Under the pieces are notes generated by a model that ran no database searches, had not been told where the DNA came from, and worked only from the letters and a program-made list of their open reading frames with translations. Of a stretch of 64,000 nt of DNA, positions 60,486 to 64,000 are shown one piece after another. Position numbers and translations under genes: made by a program. The stretch lies in assembly GCA_029863125.1 (NCBI GenBank), contig JAOTWB010000001.1, positions 79,605-143,604 on the forward strand, in the 5' to 3' direction. The DNA comes from Gammaproteobacteria bacterium. Lineage in GTDB: Bacteria > Pseudomonadota > Gammaproteobacteria > Steroidobacterales > Woeseiaceae. Every line of letters starts with the position of its first letter. The stretch's first letter is position 1.

Positions 60486-63400
60486 TTACTGGACCCCCCT
60501 GCCCGGCGTCCACGGCACTCGCGCAGCATCCAGGGCTTCCTTGAGCCCGGCATACTCGACGTCGACCAGTTCCGACAGTCGTCGTGAGACGTCGTCGTAC
60601 AGTGCGCGCCCGATCTGCAGCGACTCTCGCTGTTCCGGCGTCGGTCCGTAAGCACTCGAGCGCGGGTCGAATCGGGCGTGCCAGATTCGATCGCTGAGAG
60701 CTACTTCGTCCCAGTCCTTGAACATGCTGCGAGTCTCGCTGCTTTGCAGGCGATCACGCTGCACCGTCATGCGCTGCTGAATCGAATTGGCGATTTCGTA
60801 GAGCGACGCGTCGGCCGTCGAACGCAGCAGCACCTCCTTGACGGCGACGAGTTCTGTGACGACTTCGTCAAGCGCTTTGACCGTGCCATCGGATGCGCGA
60901 ATCAGCTCATCGATCTGAGATTCGAATACGACCCGCTGCTCCTGTGTGCTGCCCGGCAACGTCGGCTCCCGAATAGAGACGACTTCAAAGCTCTGCCGTT
61001 GTCCGAGGTCGGTCAGAACACCATCCACACGTTTGTGCATCGACACCGAATAGGTGCCGGGCACGACCAGTACACCGGTCCCTTCATCATCTTCGTCCTC
61101 GAGTTCTTCGACCGGTGCCCAGCCCTGCAGCGCCGGGTAACGCAGGTCCCAGGAAACGCGCTGGAAACCGGCTTCGACGGGGCCTTCTATCTGCCGCACG
61201 ATGCTGCCATCCGCGCTCGTAACGGTAAGCACGATCGCCGGCGCATCCTCGCGCTGCTCCTCGAGGATCTTGTCCCACGATGCAAACATCACGTTCTGGT
61301 TTTCTTTTTCGCGCTCTTTCTCTGCCTCACGGCGTGCATCTTTCCCCGTCTGCATGGCTTTAGGCAAGTAGTAGGTGAACGTTGCGCCGAAGTCGGGGTT
61401 CGGCGCAACGTAATAGGCGTCACCCTGGCTTCCCGCGCAGCCCGGATCACCGCAGCCCAGCGGCCGCTTCGGAACATACCAGTGTGCTTTACGCACCGGA
61501 AACAGCACGGTGTCGTTCTTTAGCAGGTCGGTGCTCAACGCACGCAGCGGCGTGTAATCGTCGAGGATGTAAAAACTGCGTCCGAAGGTCGCGCCGACGA
61601 GGTCGTTCTCACGCGTCTGGATCACGAGATCGCGGAACGGGATATTCGGTGAACCCCCTTTCAGCTTCGTCCACTCGCGACCGCCGTTGACCGTAAAAAA
61701 CACGCCGAACTCGGTGCCGAGGAACATGAGCCCCGGCTTCTCATGATCCTGCACGATCCGCCACAGGATATGGCGTTCAGGCAAATTGCCCGCGATGCTC
61801 TTCCAGCTGCGACCGCGATTCTCACTTTTCAACACGTAGGGCGAGAAGTCACCGCTCTTGTGGTCGTCAACCACAACATAAACCACGTCGGGATCATGCA
61901 GGTCCGCTTTGATGTCATTGACAAAGAAACGGTTCGGCACACCCGGCAGCTTTTCGAGGCGCCGCCAGTTCTTGCCGCCGTCTTCCGTTACGTGGATGAG
62001 GCCATCGTCCGTGCCAACGTATACCAGTCCGGCGACCAGCGGCGATTCGGACAAGGATGTGATCGTATTGAACGATGACATCGCGTACAGGTCCCAGGAC
62101 GAGTCGAAACTCCAGGTGCGGCCCATCAGGGGTTGGCCGGTGCGTTTTTCGTTCCGCGTCAGATCGCCACTGATCGCGGTCCAGGTGTCGCCGTAATCCT
62201 CGCTTTTCCAGACGCGCTGCGTGCCAAAAAACAGCGTCGACGACTTATGCGGGCTAATCAGGATCGGCGCATCCCAGTTGTAACGATCGGGCGGCTCGCC
62301 TGCAGCCGGCTGCGGCCGTATGTACACGTTCTCTCCGGTCTTGCGATCGAAACGAGATAGGTTGCCCTGCTGCCACTGCGCATAAACGATGTCCGGATTG
62401 TTCGGGTCGACCGCCGACTGGTGGCCATCGCCGAACAAGGTGACGAACCAGTCCGAATTTCGGATGCCTACATTATTATCGGTGCGCGACGGGCCGCCCT
62501 GGCTGTTGTTGTCCTGCGTGCCGCCGTAAACATTGTAGAAAGGCTCGTCGTAGTCGACCGCGACCTTGTAATACTGCGTGATCGGCAGGTTGCTGACGAA
62601 GCGCCACGTCTCACCCAGGTCGTATGATTCGTAAACCCCGCCATCGTTGCCCACCAGCAGGTAGTTTTCGTCCATCGGATCAAACGCCATTGCATGGTGA
62701 TCGACGTGCTTGGTGTCGTGGTCGAGCTTGGTGAAGTTCGTCCCGCCGTCTTCGGTCACGTGCAGGTTCACGTCCATCTGGTAGACGCGGTCGAACTGAT
62801 GCGGGCTGGCGAACAGTTCCTGATAGTAATGTGGGCCGGTACCGCTGGAGAGATACTCGTTGCGCTTCTCCCAGGTCTCACCACCGTCCTCCGATCGCCA
62901 GAAGCCGCCCGTGCGGTTTGCGAGTTCGATCGTGGCGTAAACGACGTCCGGGTTCTGCGGTGAAATCGCAAGGCCCGTTTTACCACGGTTTTCTTCGGGG
63001 AGGCCCTCCGTCAGTTCGCGCCACGTCTCGCCGCCGTCCTCTGACTTGTGGATCCCCGTTCCCGGCCCGCCGTCCATCAGCACCGCGACGTTTCGAAATC
63101 GCTGCCACGACACGGCGTACATGACGTCGGGATTGCGGGGGTCCATGTGGACTTCCGAAACGCCCGTGTACTGGTCGTCAATCTCGCTATTGCCGAGCCC
63201 GTTCCCCAATATCTTGCGCCAGGTTTTTCCGCCGTCGGTCGATTTAAAAAGGCCGCGCTCGCCTCCGCCGGACCAAAGCGGACCCTGCGCCGCCACGAAC
63301 ATCGTATTGGAGTCGCGCGGATCGATACGAATCATGCCGATGTGTTCGGAGCGCTCGAGGCCCATGTTTTCCCAATTCTGGCCGCCGTCACGGCTCCGGT

Positions 63401-63785
63401 AGATGCCCGAGCCGTAGCCGACATGGCGCCCGCTTACGTTCTCGCCGGTACCGACCCATACCGTGTTCGGGTTGTTCGGATCGATCGTGATGCAACCGAT
63501 CGAATAGGACTCTTCATTGTCGAATATCGGCTCCCAGGTCGTGCCACGATTGACCGTCTTCCAGACGCCGCCACTGCCGACGCCAACGTACCAGGTGCTC
63601 TGATTTCCAGGATCGATGGCAATATCGGCAATACGACCGGACATGAAGGCCGGACCGATGCTGCGGAATTCGAGTCCTTTGAAGGTCACCTCATTAAAAC
63701 CGGGTTCCGGAGTTTCCTCGTCGGCTGCGAACGCTGCGGAATATTGAAGTACCAGGACAATGGCGCAGAGCGCGAATCGCTTCAT
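60486..63785 (-). CDS. secreted BNR/Asp-box repeat protein (sortilin/VPS10-like double propeller)
   Basis: Signal peptide MKRFALCAIVLVLQYSAAFA. At least nine SxDxGxTW-type Asp boxes are present (SRDGGQNW, STDGGKTW, SEDGGETW twice, TEDGGTNF, SYDLGETW, SEDYGDTW, TEDGGKNW, TVNGGREW). Confidence 0.8.
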   Translation of the reverse strand: MKRFALCAIVLVLQYSAAFAADEETPEPGFNEVTFKGLEFRSIGPAFMSGRIADIAIDPGNQSTWYVGVGSGGVWKTVNRGTTWEPIFDNEESYSIGCITIDPNNPNTVWVGTGENVSGRHVGYGSGIYRSRDGGQNWENMGLERSEHIGMIRIDPRDSNTMFVAAQGPLWSGGGERGLFKSTDGGKTWRKILGNGLGNSEIDDQYTGVSEVHMDPRNPDVMYAVSWQRFRNVAVLMDGGPGTGIHKSEDGGETWRELTEGLPEENRGKTGLAISPQNPDVVYATIELANRTGGFWRSEDGGETWEKRNEYLSSGTGPHYYQELFASPHQFDRVYQMDVNLHVTEDGGTNFTKLDHDTKHVDHHAMAFDPMDENYLLVGNDGGVYESYDLGETWRFVSNLPITQYYKVAVDYDEPFYNVYGGTQDNNSQGGPSRTDNNVGIRNSDWFVTLFGDGHQSAVDPNNPDIVYAQWQQGNLSRFDRKTGENVYIRPQPAAGEPPDRYNWDAPILISPHKSSTLFFGTQRVWKSEDYGDTWTAISGDLTRNEKRTGQPLMGRTWSFDSSWDLYAMSSFNTITSLSESPLVAGLVYVGTDDGLIHVTEDGGKNWRRLEKLPGVPNRFFVNDIKADLHDPDVVYVVVDDHKSGDFSPYVLKSENRGRSWKSIAGNLPERHILWRIVQDHEKPGLMFLGTEFGVFFTVNGGREWTKLKGGSPNIPFRDLVIQTRENDLVGATFGRSFYILDDYTPLRALSTDLLKNDTVLFPVRKAHWYVPKRPLGCGDPGCAGSQGDAYYVAPNPDFGATFTYYLPKAMQTGKDARREAEKEREKENQNVMFASWDKILEEQREDAPAIVLTVTSADGSIVRQIEGPVEAGFQRVSWDLRYPALQGWAPVEELEDEDDEGTGVLVVPGTYSVSMHKRVDGVLTDLGQRQSFEVVSIREPTLPGSTQEQRVVFESQIDELIRASDGTVKALDEVVTELVAVKEVLLRSTADASLYEIANSIQQRMTVQRDRLQSSETRSMFKDWDEVALSDRIWHARFDPRSSAYGPTPEQRESLQIGRALYDDVSRRLSELVDVEYAGLKEALDAARVPWTPGRGVQ

Positions 63786-63805
63786 GCTGTTTTCCCTTTT
63801 TCTAA

Positions 63806-64000
63806 TTAATAGCTGGCGGCTGGCTGGTCATGGTGGTCGCTCTCAAACGGCTTGTCCAGCGTTTCGAGCACCTTCGCGTCCCACTCATAAATGTCGTCGT
63901 AAAAATGCATGACGCCCAGGTCATCAACTTCCGCCGTCCAGTAGACGACATGAACCGGCAGAGGGTCTGCCAGGACGACGGTCTTGGTCACATTGGAATC
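63806..64000 (-). CDS. L,D-transpeptidase (YcbB/LdtD-like) C-terminal fragment, 5' end outside window
   Basis: The C-terminal text PVHVVYWTAEVDDLGVMHFYDDIYEWD resembles the conserved tail of YcbB-type L,D-transpeptidases. Only 64 codons are visible. Confidence 0.5.
   Translation of the reverse strand, partial: DSNVTKTVVLADPLPVHVVYWTAEVDDLGVMHFYDDIYEWDAKVLETLDKPFESDHHDQPAASY

Noticed and set aside
1-64000. Mobile elements, prophage, defence islands, tRNA/rRNA or riboswitch-sized non-coding regions.
   Set aside because: I recognised no transposase, integrase, recombinase, phage or cas-like ORF. No intergenic gap exceeds about 165 nt. I saw no obvious compositional break by eye, though this was not computed.

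Overview
A densely packed 64-kb chromosomal segment from a moderately GC-rich Gram-negative bacterium. The gene content (many TonB-dependent, periplasmic and Na+-coupled functions) suggests a marine gammaproteobacterium, but that is inference only. I call about 55 protein genes, one frameshifted nitrilase pseudogene, three clear rho-independent terminators, one palindromic operator candidate and one long in-frame tandem repeat. I saw no rRNA, tRNA, IS element, integrase, prophage or CRISPR array, and all intergenic gaps are under about 165 nt. In the supplied ORF track, M also stands for GTG and TTG starts, so I re-derived several starts from the nucleotides. Layout: (1) 1-10.9 kb holds a quinohemoprotein ADH fragment, a PuuB-like oxidase, a HAD hydrolase, a broken nitrilase, an amidohydrolase lipoprotein and a TonB-dependent receptor. 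(2) 10.9-26.8 kb is an amine-type catabolic and uptake locus. It contains an NDP-forming CoA ligase, a GcvT-family enzyme, two tandem CrtI-like flavoproteins, a class-III aminotransferase, TetR, an acyl-CoA dehydrogenase, potFGHI-like transporter genes, a secreted metzincin-like protein and a Rieske oxygenase. (3) 26.9-36.6 kb is the most unusual part, a co-directional signalling island. It runs from a stand-alone class-III cyclase domain through GAF-PP2C phosphatase, RsbW-like kinase, STAS protein, ECF sigma, membrane anti-sigma, a membrane-anchored protein built of about 41 tandem nonapeptides (GNADFARAL) and a 989-aa peptidase/propeller/barrel protein, ending at a PrsW-family membrane protease. 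(4) 36.6-45 kb holds a di-haem peroxidase with a fused YtkA-like protein, a ZIP-like transporter, PLD, flavin reductase, BASS and a lipoprotein/M48 trio. (5) 45-50.4 kb is a C39-peptidase ABC exporter with HlyD, a DCC thiol-disulfide oxidoreductase and an HTTM-like membrane protein, with no visible precursor peptide gene. (6) 50.5-64 kb is housekeeping-like: CysK-like, SBP, OM barrel, HemG, atypical pyruvate-kinase-like, PPDK, NhaC, a BNR/sortilin-like protein and a partial L,D-transpeptidase. All product calls rest on motifs read by eye. No database search, HMM or structure prediction was run.
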